The notes under the pieces were generated by a model. That model had not been told where the DNA came from. It saw only the letters and a list, made by a program, of their open reading frames with translations, and made no database searches. Below, one piece after another: positions 31,337-41,670 of a stretch of 64,000 bases of DNA (position 1 is its first letter; every line of letters begins with the position of its first letter). The position numbers and the translations under genes are program-made. The stretch spans positions 21,922-85,921 of the forward strand of contig JAGWNY010000005.1 of assembly GCA_028872915.1 (NCBI GenBank). Reading direction: 5' to 3'. This stretch comes from Verrucomicrobiota bacterium. Lineage in GTDB: Bacteria; Verrucomicrobiota; Verrucomicrobiia; Limisphaerales; UBA11358.

Positions 31337-32911
31337 TCACCCGCCGTTTGCGGAGATGACGCGATGGACCATTTGAAGGAGATTTTCGCTGGTAAAAGGT
31401 TTGAGGATGAATCCGGCGATTGGCAGGTCGGGCGGCAATTCGGCGACCTCTCTCTCCGAACCGCTGGAAAGAACGATCTTGAGATCGGGCCGGATGTTGC
31501 GAAGGGCGTTGATGGTTGCCCGCCCATCAAAGAACGGCATGGCCAGGTCGGTGATCACCAGGTGCGTCTCGTGCGGCTGTTGAGAAAACACGCGGACGCC
31601 TTCCGCGCCGCCGACGGCGGTCTGAACCTTGTAGCCGCAATTTTCCAGCGCGGCGCGGGTGATGGCCAGGACGCTTTCCTCATCGTCAATGACCAAAATG
31701 CGTTCTCCATGGCCGGCGGGCAGGATGGTTTTTGCCGGCGCGGGAGTTTCCGGAACCTGTTCGCAGGCCGGCAGGTGAACTTCAAAGCGCGCGCCTTCGC
31801 CCGGCCGGCTCCGCACGGTCATGAAGCCGCCATGGCCGCGGACAATGTCCAAGGAAGTGGACAGGCCCAGCCCGGTGCCCTTGTCGCCTTTGGTCGAGAA
31901 AAACGGCTCGAAAATCTTTTCCGCGAGGTCCGCCGGAATGCCGGTTCCGGTGTCCGCGACGGTGATGCGCAGATATTTTCCCGGGCCGAGGGCGCGCAAC
32001 GCCGCGGCTTCGGCGGTGAGGGTTGTGTTTTCGGCCGATAAGGTCAGCGTGCCTCCCGCCGGCATGGCATCGCGGGCGTTGACGCATAAATTGAGCAGCA
32101 CTTGATGGAGTTGGGTCGGGATGGCGAGGACCGGCCACGCCGACCGGTCAAATTGCGTCCGGCATTGGATGTTTTTCGGAAAGATCTCGGTTACCATCCG
32201 GGACATCTCGCCGAGGAGTTGCACAGGGTGGACGACGGTTTTGCCGGATTCTCCGCCGCGCGCAAACAAGAGCATTTGCCTGACCATCTCGGCGCTCCGC
32301 CGCGCGCTGGCTTCCATTGTATTGAGCATTCCCTGGGTCTCCGGCGGCAGCTTCTCGATCTTGAGGATTTCGAGGCCGACAATGATGGGCACGAGCGCGT
32401 TGTTTAAATCGTGGGCGATACCGCCGACCAGGGCGCCGAGGCTTTCCAATCGTTGGGCGCGAAGAAATTGTTCGTGAAGCTGGCGCAGGTCCTGTTGCAG
32501 GCGATCCAATTCAGCCCGCTCGCGCGCCCGGCGCATGGCGTTGGAAACGGCGGCAGCCAGCCGCCGCGGCCGCGCCTTGAGCAGATAGTCCCAGGCGCCG
32601 TTTTTGAGCATTTCCACCGCGGCTTCCTCTCCAATCGTGCCGGAAAAGAAGATGAAGGGCGTTTGAGGGCACAATTTGCGCGCGACCTTCAACGCCGCCA
32701 GTCCGTCGTAAGAAGGGAGTGAAAAATCGGAAATGATGACGTCCGAAGCCCCTTGTTTCAGCTCCGATTCAAATTCAGAGCCGGATTTGACGGCAGTCAC
32801 GTCGCATTCCAAGCCCTGGTCCCGCAGCATTTCCCGCACAAGAATCTGGTCGTTTTCATTATCCTCCAGATGGAGGACTCGAACGCGAAACTTGGGCGAA
32901 TCGGCGGACAT
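31337..32911 (-). CDS. Hybrid histidine kinase (REC-HisKA-HATPase-REC)
   Basis: N-terminal receiver, [10 protein letters not shown]-box, [17 protein letters not shown]-terminal receiver. Confidence 0.93.
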   Translation of the reverse strand: MSADSPKFRVRVLHLEDNENDQILVREMLRDQGLECDVTAVKSGSEFESELKQGASDVIISDFSLPSYDGLAALKVARKLCPQTPFIFFSGTIGEEAAVEMLKNGAWDYLLKARPRRLAAAVSNAMRRARERAELDRLQQDLRQLHEQFLRAQRLESLGALVGGIAHDLNNALVPIIVGLEILKIEKLPPETQGMLNTMEASARRSAEMVRQMLLFARGGESGKTVVHPVQLLGEMSRMVTEIFPKNIQCRTQFDRSAWPVLAIPTQLHQVLLNLCVNARDAMPAGGTLTLSAENTTLTAEAAALRALGPGKYLRITVADTGTGIPADLAEKIFEPFFSTKGDKGTGLGLSTSLDIVRGHGGFMTVRSRPGEGARFEVHLPACEQVPETPAPAKTILPAGHGERILVIDDEESVLAITRAALENCGYKVQTAVGGAEGVRVFSQQPHETHLVITDLAMPFFDGRATINALRNIRPDLKIVLSSGSEREVAELPPDLPIAGFILKPFTSENLLQMVHRVISANGG

Positions 32912-32915
32912 GGTA

Positions 32916-33371
32916 TCACCCGCTGCGTTTCATGGTGCCCGGCGGCGGTTCGTTGATGACGGCCCAGAAATAGCCGATTTGCTTGATGGCCTCGACGAAT
33001 TTCTGGAAGTCCACCGGCTTGACGACGTAGGCATTGACGCCGAGTTGATAACTCTTGACGAGGTCCTGCTCTTCGCGGGACGAGGTGACCATGACCACGG
33101 GCACGTGCTTCAGGGTTTCGTCGCCGCGCATGGCGCGGAGGACCTCCAAGCCGTCCACCTTGGGCATTTTAAGGTCGAGCAGCACGACGACGGGAAGGCC
33201 GTTGCCGTGGCCGGAGTATTTTTCGCGCTGATACAAATAATCGAGCGCCTCGGCGCCGTCGCGCACGGCGACCACCTCGTTGGCGAGGTTGTTTTCCCCC
33301 AGCGCGGCCAGGGTGAGTTCGATGTCCCGCTCGTTGTCTTCAGCCAGCAAGATGCGTTTCAATGGCGCCAT
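32916..33371 (-). CDS. Single-domain response regulator (Rcp1-like)
   Basis: LLAEDN, LLDLKMPKVDG, YQLGVNAYVVKP. Confidence 0.93.
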   Translation of the reverse strand: MAPLKRILLAEDNERDIELTLAALGENNLANEVVAVRDGAEALDYLYQREKYSGHGNGLPVVVLLDLKMPKVDGLEVLRAMRGDETLKHVPVVMVTSSREEQDLVKSYQLGVNAYVVKPVDFQKFVEAIKQIGYFWAVINEPPPGTMKRSG

Positions 33372-35514
33372 GATTGTGTCCTTTCGTTTCGGTTGATGGT
33401 TGCGGTTTGGGGAGTGAAAAGAAAAACGTCGCGCCGCGATCCACCGCGGCCTCGGCCCACACCCGGCCCCCGTGCCGGTGAATGATGCGCTGCACGTTGG
33501 CCAGGCCGATGCCGGTGCCCTCGAATTCGTCGGAGCGATGCAGGCGCTGGAAAACGCCGAAAAGCTTGTGCGCATATTGCATGTCGAACCCCACGCCGTT
33601 GTCGCGCACGCGGAAGACCCATTCGGTATCGCGCTCCTCGCAACGGATTTCAATTTCCGCCGGGTCGCGGGGGCGCGTGTATTTGACGGCGTTGCCAATC
33701 AAGTTCGCCCATACCTGGCGGAGCATCGCCAAATCCGCCTCGACCTTAGGCAATTCGCCCAGGTTCCAGACAATACGCCGGTTCCCGATTTCGCCCTGCA
33801 ACGAATCAATGATTTCCTGGATCATCGCCCCCGGGATCACCGGGGTGCGCCGCAACTCGGCCCGGCCCATGCGCGAGAAGATCAAAAGGTCATCAATCAA
33901 CGCGCCCATCCGTTGCGCGGCATCGGCGATAATGTCCAGGTAACGGCGGCTGGCCTCGTCCATGTTTCCGTTCACCTGTTTGTTGAGCAACCTGACAAAG
34001 CCGCCAATGTGCCGCAGCGGCGCGCGCAGATCGTGCGAGACGGAGTAGGAAAACGCCTCCAACTCCTTGTTCGCCGCCTCCAACTGGCGGCTGTGCCGCT
34101 GCAACGACTCATTCAGCGTCAAAATTTGCGCCTGGACCTTCGCTTCCTCCGTGATGTCCCGCGCCGTTCCATAAATCAATTGCCGCTCCATGTCCGGCCG
34201 CGCACTCCATGCAAAGCGGCGCCATGCGCCATCCCGGCAAAGACACCGGTTTTCCATCCGGATCGTCTCGCCGCCCGCCATCATTTTTTGCGTTTCGATA
34301 TGAGTGACGGCGCGGTCATCCGGATGCACAAATTCGATGAACGGTTTGTCCAGCAATTCTTCGCGGGAAAATCCCAGCGTCTGTTCCCAGGCTGGATTGA
34401 CGGACTTGAACCATCCGTCAAAACCGGCCACGCACATCATGTCGCGCGATAGCTCAAAAAACCGGTCGCGTTCCTCGCGGACGGCCTCCGCCCGTTTCTG
34501 TTCGGTCAGGTCGCGCGTGACCTTCGCGAAACCGATGAGGCTTCCATCTTCATGCCGCATGGCCGTAATCACGGCGTGCGCCCAGAACCGCGAACCGTTC
34601 TTGCGGACCCGCCAGCCCTCATGTTCGCAACGCCCCTCGTCCCGCGCCTGCTGCAAGGCCTTTTCCGGAATCCCCCGGCGGGCAATCGCTTCGGGGTAAA
34701 AAATGGAAAAATGTTTCCCGACGATTTCTTCCGTCTTATAGCCCTTGATCCGCTCCGCCCCTATGTTCCAACTGGCGACCCGGCCCCCGGCGTCCAGCAT
34801 AAAAATGGCGTAATCCCGGATGATTTGGACGGTCAGTCGCGCGCGTTCTTCGCTCTGTCTGAGCGCTTTTTCCGTCCGCCGGCGTTCATCCAGGTCCCGG
34901 TGGATGAAAATAAGCGACACCCAACCCAGCGCCACCGCCAGCACGGCCGCCGCCACGATGAATGTCCCGGTCAATTCCGCATCCGTGTCCAGTCTCTGTT
35001 GCCGCTCCTGAAGCAACCGCGTTTCCACACTCTCCATTTGCGTTAATCGCAGCGAAATGCCCTGGAACAAGTTGGCGCCTTGCTCTGTTGCCGTGGCATC
35101 CTCGGAAATCCACCCCCGCCGGGGCGGCAATGTCGTCTGCTGCGTTACGAAAGACAGCCATTGCGACACGAGCGGTTTCAGGTCATTTAGTCGTTGCTGC
35201 TGCCCGCGGTTGTCCTGGATCCAATGCCCCAATTGTTTCAACCAGGCTGTCGCCGACGCCCGGTCGTCATCGGAGGCTTTTTCAAAATTTGTGTCGCCCG
35301 TGAAGAGATAGTTCCGCTGGTCGGTTTGCGCTTTCACCAACAACAGCCGCCCGCGCTGCAACGATTCCATGACCTGATACGTATGGGTCACCCATTGTTG
35401 TTGCGCCACGGAACTTCGCAGGGTCTGGCTCGACAACCACGCGACACCCGCCAGCGCGACCGCCAGGACCACAAATCCCGCAATAATCTTTCTCTCCGCG
35501 GAAGTCTTTTTCAT
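33340..35514 (-). CDS. CHASE3-PAS-PAS sensor histidine kinase
   Basis: TM-WVTHT (CHASE3)-TM, two PAS domains, FSYSVSHDLRAPLR, FEGTGIGLA. Confidence 0.92.
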   Translation of the reverse strand: MKKTSAERKIIAGFVVLAVALAGVAWLSSQTLRSSVAQQQWVTHTYQVMESLQRGRLLLVKAQTDQRNYLFTGDTNFEKASDDDRASATAWLKQLGHWIQDNRGQQQRLNDLKPLVSQWLSFVTQQTTLPPRRGWISEDATATEQGANLFQGISLRLTQMESVETRLLQERQQRLDTDAELTGTFIVAAAVLAVALGWVSLIFIHRDLDERRRTEKALRQSEERARLTVQIIRDYAIFMLDAGGRVASWNIGAERIKGYKTEEIVGKHFSIFYPEAIARRGIPEKALQQARDEGRCEHEGWRVRKNGSRFWAHAVITAMRHEDGSLIGFAKVTRDLTEQKRAEAVREERDRFFELSRDMMCVAGFDGWFKSVNPAWEQTLGFSREELLDKPFIEFVHPDDRAVTHIETQKMMAGGETIRMENRCLCRDGAWRRFAWSARPDMERQLIYGTARDITEEAKVQAQILTLNESLQRHSRQLEAANKELEAFSYSVSHDLRAPLRHIGGFVRLLNKQVNGNMDEASRRYLDIIADAAQRMGALIDDLLIFSRMGRAELRRTPVIPGAMIQEIIDSLQGEIGNRRIVWNLGELPKVEADLAMLRQVWANLIGNAVKYTRPRDPAEIEIRCEERDTEWVFRVRDNGVGFDMQYAHKLFGVFQRLHRSDEFEGTGIGLANVQRIIHRHGGRVWAEAAVDRGATFFFSLPKPQPSTETKGHNHGAIETHLAG

Positions 35515-35853
35515 ATACGCCACGCGCGAGTTCGAGTCGCAAATATGCCGACTCCTTGGTGTGAACGGTCAAACATACGCCTGATAGCGTAAAGAAGCAA
35601 ATTCGATGCCGGAAATCCGTCGGGCACCCTTGTCTCATTCATGCCCCGGCGGCTGGCAGTGTTTTGCGGGTCGGCTCTCCGTGCCTCGGAGGTGAAGTTC
35701 GCGTTTATTGGCGTCCATTCGCTGTTGAGCCTGCGTTCCATCCGCGGCTAAAAACAAAAAACTAATTGTTTGAAACAACCTCTTTTTCCCGTCACAATGC
35801 CCGTTCGTTTTGGCGGGAAGGCCGCTTCCACCCGTCCACCGCACGATTTTGAA

Positions 35854-37650
35854 ATGAAACGAACGCATCATTGCAACGAGTTGCGCCCGGCCCACGTTGG
35901 GCAGACGGTGACCTTGTCCGGTTGGGTGCATTCGCGCCGCGACCTCGGCGGCGTCATCTTCATTGATATCCGCGACCGCGAAGGCCGCACGCAGACGGTT
36001 TTTGACCCGTCGGATTTACCAGCCGACTTGTTCGCCCGGGCGGAGAAATTGCGAAGCGAATGCGTGGTGAGCGTGACCGGGAAAGTGCGCGGCCGTCCCG
36101 ACGGCACAAACAATGCGAAAATTGCCACCGGCGAAGTGGAGGTGGCGGTAACGGCGCTGGAAGTGCTGAACATGGCGGACGTGTTGCCCTTTCCAGTGGA
36201 CGATCCGGAGGTGGCGGCCAAGGTGAACGAAGAGTTGCGGTTGAAATATCGGTATCTGGATTTGAGGCGGCCGGAAATGGCGCGCAATCTGCGCCTGCGA
36301 AGCAAGGCCGCCATTGCCACGCGGCAGTTCATGGACGAGCAGGGATTTCTGGAGGTCGAAACGCCCATCCTCTTCAAATCCACGCCCGAAGGCGCGCGCG
36401 AATTCCTGGTGCCCAACCGGCGCGAGCCGGGCACGTTTTACGCCCTGCCGCAGTCGCCGCAGCAGTTCAAACAGATTTTAATGGTCGGCGGCGTGGAACG
36501 TTATTATCAACTGGCCCGCTGTTTCCGCGACGAAGACCAGCGGGCCGACCGCCAGCTTGAATTTACGCAGGTGGACATCGAAATGTCGTTCATCGAGCGG
36601 GAGGACATTTACGCGCTGATCGAAGGATTGTTGAAACGCGTGTGGAAGGCCACGTTGAACGCGGACGTTCCGATTCCTTTCAAGCGGCTTCGATTTGAAG
36701 AAGCGCTCAACCGCTACGGCGCCGACAAGCCGGAAACGCGCTTTGAAATGCAACTGGCCGACTTCACCGGGGAATTTCGCTCCAGCGCATTCAAAGTCTT
36801 TAGCGGCGCGGTTGCCTCCGGCGGGGTTGTCAAGGCTCTGAACGCCAAGGGACTCGCCGGCGCCACCCAGGGGCAGATTGAGACCATGACCGAGTATGCC
36901 AGGAGTTTTGGCGCGAAAGGTTTGGCGTATATCAAGGTGGAAAATGGCGAATGGAAATCGCCCATCGTGAAGTTCTTCAACGACGCCGAAAAACAGGCGC
37001 TGATCGCCAAACTCGGAATCGAAGAAGGCGATCTGATTTTGTTCGCCGCGGATCAATGGCTCAATGCCTGCGAAATCCTGGGCAAAATCCGGCTCTATTG
37101 CGCGGAAGTCCTGCAATCGCAGGGAAAACTCACCATTGACCCGAACCGGTTTGATTTTCTCTGGGTGGTGGATTTTCCGCTGTTGAGCTTCGACAAGGAG
37201 CAAAACCGCTGGTATTCGAGCCATCATCCGTTCACGGCGCCGGTGGCCGAAGACGTGCCGCTGCTGAAAACCGAGCCAAAAAAAGTCCGCGGCCAGCACT
37301 ACGACGTGGTGGTCAACGGCGTCGAATTGGGCGGCGGCTCCATTCGTATCCATCAGCCGGACGTGCAAAAGACGATTTTCGAGGACGTGCTGCAAATTCC
37401 GCCCGAAGAAACCAAACTGCGGTTTGGCTATATGCTCGAAGCCTTCCGCCATGGCGCGCCGCCGCATGGCGGCATTGCACTGGGCTTTGACCGGCTCTGC
37501 GCCATTTTGAGCGGCACACCGAGCATCCGCGACGTGATCGCCTTTCCCAAGACCGCCAAGGGCGTGGATTTGATGACCGATGCGCCCGCGCCCGCTTCGG
37601 CGCGGCAATTGCGGGAGTTGCATATAAAATCCTCGGACGGGAAATCTTGA
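35854..37650 (+). CDS. aspS: Aspartyl-tRNA synthetase
   Basis: RYLDLRR, STPEGARE, LPQSPQ, CFRDED, APPHGGIALGFDR. Confidence 0.97.
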   Translation: MKRTHHCNELRPAHVGQTVTLSGWVHSRRDLGGVIFIDIRDREGRTQTVFDPSDLPADLFARAEKLRSECVVSVTGKVRGRPDGTNNAKIATGEVEVAVTALEVLNMADVLPFPVDDPEVAAKVNEELRLKYRYLDLRRPEMARNLRLRSKAAIATRQFMDEQGFLEVETPILFKSTPEGAREFLVPNRREPGTFYALPQSPQQFKQILMVGGVERYYQLARCFRDEDQRADRQLEFTQVDIEMSFIEREDIYALIEGLLKRVWKATLNADVPIPFKRLRFEEALNRYGADKPETRFEMQLADFTGEFRSSAFKVFSGAVASGGVVKALNAKGLAGATQGQIETMTEYARSFGAKGLAYIKVENGEWKSPIVKFFNDAEKQALIAKLGIEEGDLILFAADQWLNACEILGKIRLYCAEVLQSQGKLTIDPNRFDFLWVVDFPLLSFDKEQNRWYSSHHPFTAPVAEDVPLLKTEPKKVRGQHYDVVVNGVELGGGSIRIHQPDVQKTIFEDVLQIPPEETKLRFGYMLEAFRHGAPPHGGIALGFDRLCAILSGTPSIRDVIAFPKTAKGVDLMTDAPAPASARQLRELHIKSSDGKS

Positions 37651-37686
37651 ATATGGGGCGCGCCGGGGATAAATTATGCGTTCCTT

Positions 37687-39372
37687 ATGAGCGAAGCGGT
37701 CAAATTGACCCACAACGAAGACATTAAAGCGGCCATTCCGACCGTGGCGGGCACGATTGCGGCCACGATTGCCGACGCGGGGGCGGACCATTTCAGCCAG
37801 GATGATTACGAATTTTTGAAGTTTCACGGCGTGTATCAGCAGGATGACCGCGACCTGCGCAAAACGGCCAAGAAATACATCATGATGGCGCGGGCCTCGA
37901 TTCCGGGGGGGGTGATGACGGCGGCCCAATGGATGGCGTTTGACGATCTGGCCGCTCAATACGGCAATCAGACGCTGCGGATTACAACGCGGCAAGGCAT
38001 CCAATTTCACGGCGTGCTCAAGCCCAACGTTCGATCCCTGATTCAGGGAATCAACCACTCGCTGTTGACCACCATTTCCGCCTGCGGCGACGTGCGGCGC
38101 AACGTGATGGCCCCGCCCACCCCGGCTTATACGCTTGCCCGGGCGCAAGTGCTGGAGGATTGCCGCCGCGTCGCCCAGGCGACCCGTCCCCAGACCCGCG
38201 CCTACCACGCCATCTGGATAGAAGGCGTGCAACTCAACCTGGACGACCCGGAAAACAAGAACTTCAGCGACCCGCTTTATGGAAAGGCGTATCTGCCGCG
38301 GAAATTTAAAATCGCGTTCGCCATCCCTCCGGTGAACGACATTGATATTTTCACGAATTGCATCGGCTTTATCGCCATTGCGGAGGATGAACGCCTGGCG
38401 GGCTACAACGTCGCCGCGGGCGGCGGCCTGGGGCGCAGCCACGGCAACATCCAGACCTATCCGCGCCTGGCGGACGTGGTGGGATTTTTGCCGCCCGAAA
38501 AGGTGGTGGACGTGGCCCGGGCGGCGCTGACGATTCATCGGGATTATGGCGACCGCGCCGATCGCAAGCATGCGCGATTCAAATACATCGTGGCCGAACG
38601 CGGGCCGGAGTGGGTGCGGGCGGAAATTGAGAAACGGGCGGGCATCCGGCTGGAACCGGCCAGGCCCTTCACATTTGACACGACGGGCGACCTATACGGC
38701 TGGCGCGAGGCGGTGGATGGGAAATGGTTTCTCACGATTTTCGTGGAGTCAGGCCGCGTCCGCGACATGGAAGGGCGGCGCTTAAAAACGGCGTTGCGGC
38801 AAATCGCGGAAAAATTCAATGACATTGAATTCCGGCTTTCGGCCAATCAAAACGTGATACTGGCCAATGTGATTGAGGAGGACCGGGACGCCATTACCGA
38901 ACTGTTGACCGGGCACGGAGTCGGCAGCGGCCATCGGCAGACGACGGCCCTTCACGCCGCCGCGATGGCGTGTCCGGCCCTGCCCACCTGCGGGCTGGCG
39001 CTGGCGGAGTCGGAGCGGATGCTGCCGGGGCTGATTGACCGGATTGAAAAACTTTGCGAAGAAGCCGGGCTGGCGGGCGAGGAAATTGTCATCCGCTCGA
39101 CGGGCTGTCCCAACGGTTGCGCGCGGCCCTATCTGGCCGAGATTGGATTCGTAGGCAAGGCGCCGGGCCGGTATCAAATCTGGCTTGGGGGCGACACCGG
39201 CGGCACGCGCCTGGCGCGGCTTTGGAAGGAAGTGGTGAAGGACGCGGACATTGAAAGCGAATTGCGCCCGGCGCTCACGCGCTACGCCAATGAGCGATTC
39301 AACCGCGAGACCTTCGGCGATTGGTGCGACCGGGTGCTGCTGAACGAGACAACCAGCGGATTTTCAATTTGA
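37687..39372 (+). CDS. cysI: Sulfite reductase hemoprotein
   Basis: KFHGVYQQDDRD, YLPRKFK, ACPALPTCGLALAE, TGCPNGCARP. Confidence 0.93.
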   Translation: MSEAVKLTHNEDIKAAIPTVAGTIAATIADAGADHFSQDDYEFLKFHGVYQQDDRDLRKTAKKYIMMARASIPGGVMTAAQWMAFDDLAAQYGNQTLRITTRQGIQFHGVLKPNVRSLIQGINHSLLTTISACGDVRRNVMAPPTPAYTLARAQVLEDCRRVAQATRPQTRAYHAIWIEGVQLNLDDPENKNFSDPLYGKAYLPRKFKIAFAIPPVNDIDIFTNCIGFIAIAEDERLAGYNVAAGGGLGRSHGNIQTYPRLADVVGFLPPEKVVDVARAALTIHRDYGDRADRKHARFKYIVAERGPEWVRAEIEKRAGIRLEPARPFTFDTTGDLYGWREAVDGKWFLTIFVESGRVRDMEGRRLKTALRQIAEKFNDIEFRLSANQNVILANVIEEDRDAITELLTGHGVGSGHRQTTALHAAAMACPALPTCGLALAESERMLPGLIDRIEKLCEEAGLAGEEIVIRSTGCPNGCARPYLAEIGFVGKAPGRYQIWLGGDTGGTRLARLWKEVVKDADIESELRPALTRYANERFNRETFGDWCDRVLLNETTSGFSI

Positions 39373-39386
39373 ACCGGACCCAAACC

Positions 39387-40049
39387 ATGACTCGCGCCCA
39401 AATGGCCCAAGCCAACGCCGAATCGCGTTCCAAGACCCCGCTCGACATCGTCCGCTGGGCCGTCGCGCAGGCCGGGGGACGCGCCATCGTTTCGACAAAT
39501 TTCCGGCCTTATGAAGCCGTGCTGTTGCACCTGTGCGTGCAGGTCCAGCCGGAGATGCCGGTGCTGTGGGTGGATCATGGTTATAATCGCCCGGCAACCT
39601 ACCGGCACGCCGACCAATTAAAAAAGCTGCTTCATCTCAATCTCAAATCGTATTTGCCGGCCATCTCCGCGGCGCATCGGGACGCGCTTTACGGCGACGT
39701 GCCCTCCCTGGACGATGAAAAGGCACTGAAAGAGTTCAGCGCCATGATGAAAATCGAGCCGTTCCAGCGCGGGATGCGCGAACTGGCGCCGGCGATCTGG
39801 ATTACGGCCCTGAGGAAAGCGCAAAATCCAAGTCGCGCGGAGATGGACATTGTCAGCGAGGACAAAAATTTTGGCGCGCTCAAAGTCAGCCCGGTATTCC
39901 ATTGGAGCGACGCGCAGATGGAAGAGTACCTCAAGGGGCATGATCTGCCAAACGAATGGGATTATTTCGACCCGGCAAAGGCGGATGACAAACGCGAGTG
40001 CGGTCTCCATGCGGCCTGGGGAACGGAGGCGTTGGGATCAGGCGTCTAG
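39387..40049 (+). CDS. cysH: PAPS/APS reductase family protein without Fe-S cysteines
   Basis: WVDHGY, K.EPF, C-terminal RECGLH; no CC or CxxC cluster ligands. Confidence 0.88.
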   Translation: MTRAQMAQANAESRSKTPLDIVRWAVAQAGGRAIVSTNFRPYEAVLLHLCVQVQPEMPVLWVDHGYNRPATYRHADQLKKLLHLNLKSYLPAISAAHRDALYGDVPSLDDEKALKEFSAMMKIEPFQRGMRELAPAIWITALRKAQNPSRAEMDIVSEDKNFGALKVSPVFHWSDAQMEEYLKGHDLPNEWDYFDPAKADDKRECGLHAAWGTEALGSGV

Positions 40050-40056
40050 CCCTCCT

Positions 40057-40953
40057 ATGTATCATTTGGACCATTTGCAGTATTTGGAAACGGAGGCCAT
40101 CCACGTCATGCGCGAGGTGGCGGCGGAATTCGAGCGTCCGGCGATTTTATTTTCCGGTGGCAAGGATTCCATCTGTCTTTTGCGCCTGGCCGAAAAGGCT
40201 TTCCGGCCTTCGGACATTCCGATGCCGCTCCTGAACGTGGACACGGGCCATCATTTTCCGGAACTGAACGAATTTCGCGACCGCCGAGCCGGCGAGCTGG
40301 GAGCGAAATTGATCGTCCGCAAAGTGGAGGACGCGATTGCGGGGGGGATAGCGGTTCCCCGACCCGGCGAAATCAGCCGCAACCAACTGCAAATTCCCAC
40401 GCTGCTGGCTGCCATTGAGGAGTTTCGGTTTGATTGTCTCATCGGCGGAGCGCGGCGCGATGAGGAAAAGGCGCGGGCCAAGGAACGATTTTTCAGCTTT
40501 CGGGACGGTTTTGGCCAATGGGACCCGAAAAACCAGCGGCCCGAAATCTGGAACCTCTACAATGCCCGCGTCAATCCGGGCGAGCACATGCGCGCCTTTC
40601 CGTTGAGCAATTGGACGGAGATGGACGTTTGGGAATATATCAAGCGTGAGAAGCTGGATGTGCCGGTCATATATTTCAGCCACAAGCGCCGGTGCGTGCG
40701 GCGGGCCGGGCAATGGCTGCCGGTGACCGATTTGCTGCCGCCCAAGCCGTCGGAGCAAGTGCGGGAACTCGTTGCGCGGGTGCGCACGATTGGGGACATC
40801 ATCAGCACGGGCATGGTCGAATCGCCGGCGGCGAACGTGGATGACATCCTGGCGGAGATCGCGGCGGCGCGCGTGACCGAGCGCGGCGCCCGGGCCGACG
40901 ACAAAGCCGGCGAGGCCGCGATGGAAGACCGGAAAAAAGCCGGCTATTTTTAA
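40057..40953 (+). CDS. cysD: Sulfate adenylyltransferase subunit 2
   Basis: FSGGKDS, GGARRDEEKARAKER, WDPKNQRPE, MEDRKKAGYF. Confidence 0.97.
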   Translation: MYHLDHLQYLETEAIHVMREVAAEFERPAILFSGGKDSICLLRLAEKAFRPSDIPMPLLNVDTGHHFPELNEFRDRRAGELGAKLIVRKVEDAIAGGIAVPRPGEISRNQLQIPTLLAAIEEFRFDCLIGGARRDEEKARAKERFFSFRDGFGQWDPKNQRPEIWNLYNARVNPGEHMRAFPLSNWTEMDVWEYIKREKLDVPVIYFSHKRRCVRRAGQWLPVTDLLPPKPSEQVRELVARVRTIGDIISTGMVESPAANVDDILAEIAAARVTERGARADDKAGEAAMEDRKKAGYF

Positions 40954-40958
40954 CCGAT

Positions 40959-40987
40959 TTGATCGGCCCGCGCTTTGCGATTACACT
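40959..40987 (+). promoter_or_regulatory. Internal sigma70 promoter of the VapBC module
   Basis: TTGATC-17 nt-TACACT, 8 nt before the antitoxin ATG. Confidence 0.55.
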
Positions 40988-40995
40988 TTTGGCAA

Positions 40996-41214
40996 ATGAG
41001 TCAGACACTTACCATTCGTCTTGGCAAAGAGCTTGCCTCCTGGCTTGGGGAAACGGCGGCGCGGACCGGTCTTTCGCAAGGCCGGATCGTGCGTGAACAA
41101 TTGGGAATGGCCAAATCCGCGAAGGAGGAACAGCCTTTTATGCGCCTGGCCGGAAGCATTCGCGGTCTTCCGCCTGATTTATCCCGGCGAAAGGGCTGTT
41201 CCACCAAGGCATGA
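40996..41214 (+). CDS. Ribbon-helix-helix antitoxin (VapB/CopG-like)
   Basis: QTLTIRL..LA.WL..A..TG.S...VRE RHH pattern; ATGA overlap with the PIN gene. Confidence 0.78.
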   Translation: MSQTLTIRLGKELASWLGETAARTGLSQGRIVREQLGMAKSAKEEQPFMRLAGSIRGLPPDLSRRKGCSTKA

Positions 41215-41615
41215 AGGGCATCGCCGACACGGGATTTTTGGTGGCGTTTGTCAGCCGGAACGATTTTCACCATGACTGGGCCGAACATTTGGCCCGGCAA
41301 TGGGAAGAGCCGTTTTTGACCTGTGAATCGGTCCTTTCCGAGACGGCATTTCACCTGGGTTCATCCCGGGCCATTTTCGAAATGCCAGGCCGGGGCTTCA
41401 TCACGCCGGCGTTCAATTGCAACGATCGCCTCCAACAACTGGAAAATCTCGACAGGCGCTACGCCGACCGCGGAGCCGATTTCGCCGACCTGTGCCTCAT
41501 CCGCATGAGCGAGCTTTTTCCGAAATACCCGGTCATCACGCCGGATCGCGACGAATTCCGGGTTTACCGGCGCAACAAGCGTGAAGTAATTCCCTTGATT
41601 TGCCCGCCTGAATAA
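41211..41615 (+). CDS. PIN-domain toxin (VapC-like)
   Basis: IADTGFLVA, LSET, DFADLCL, T.DR..FRVYR. Confidence 0.85.
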   Translation: MKGIADTGFLVAFVSRNDFHHDWAEHLARQWEEPFLTCESVLSETAFHLGSSRAIFEMPGRGFITPAFNCNDRLQQLENLDRRYADRGADFADLCLIRMSELFPKYPVITPDRDEFRVYRRNKREVIPLICPPE

Positions 41616-41670
41616 TCGAGAACTGCATGGGAAGCCTTTTGTAACCAAAGCCAGATCAATCCTTGTCATC

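Noticed and set aside
36478-38571. 697-aa antisense ORF, and similar long shadows such as 56715-58622, 12217-13401, 51264-52505 and 15510-16781
   Set aside because: These are opposite-strand shadows of well-supported genes (aspS/cysI, rpoC, phoH, DUF1800, carB) that are expected in high-GC DNA; they carry no recognisable motifs.
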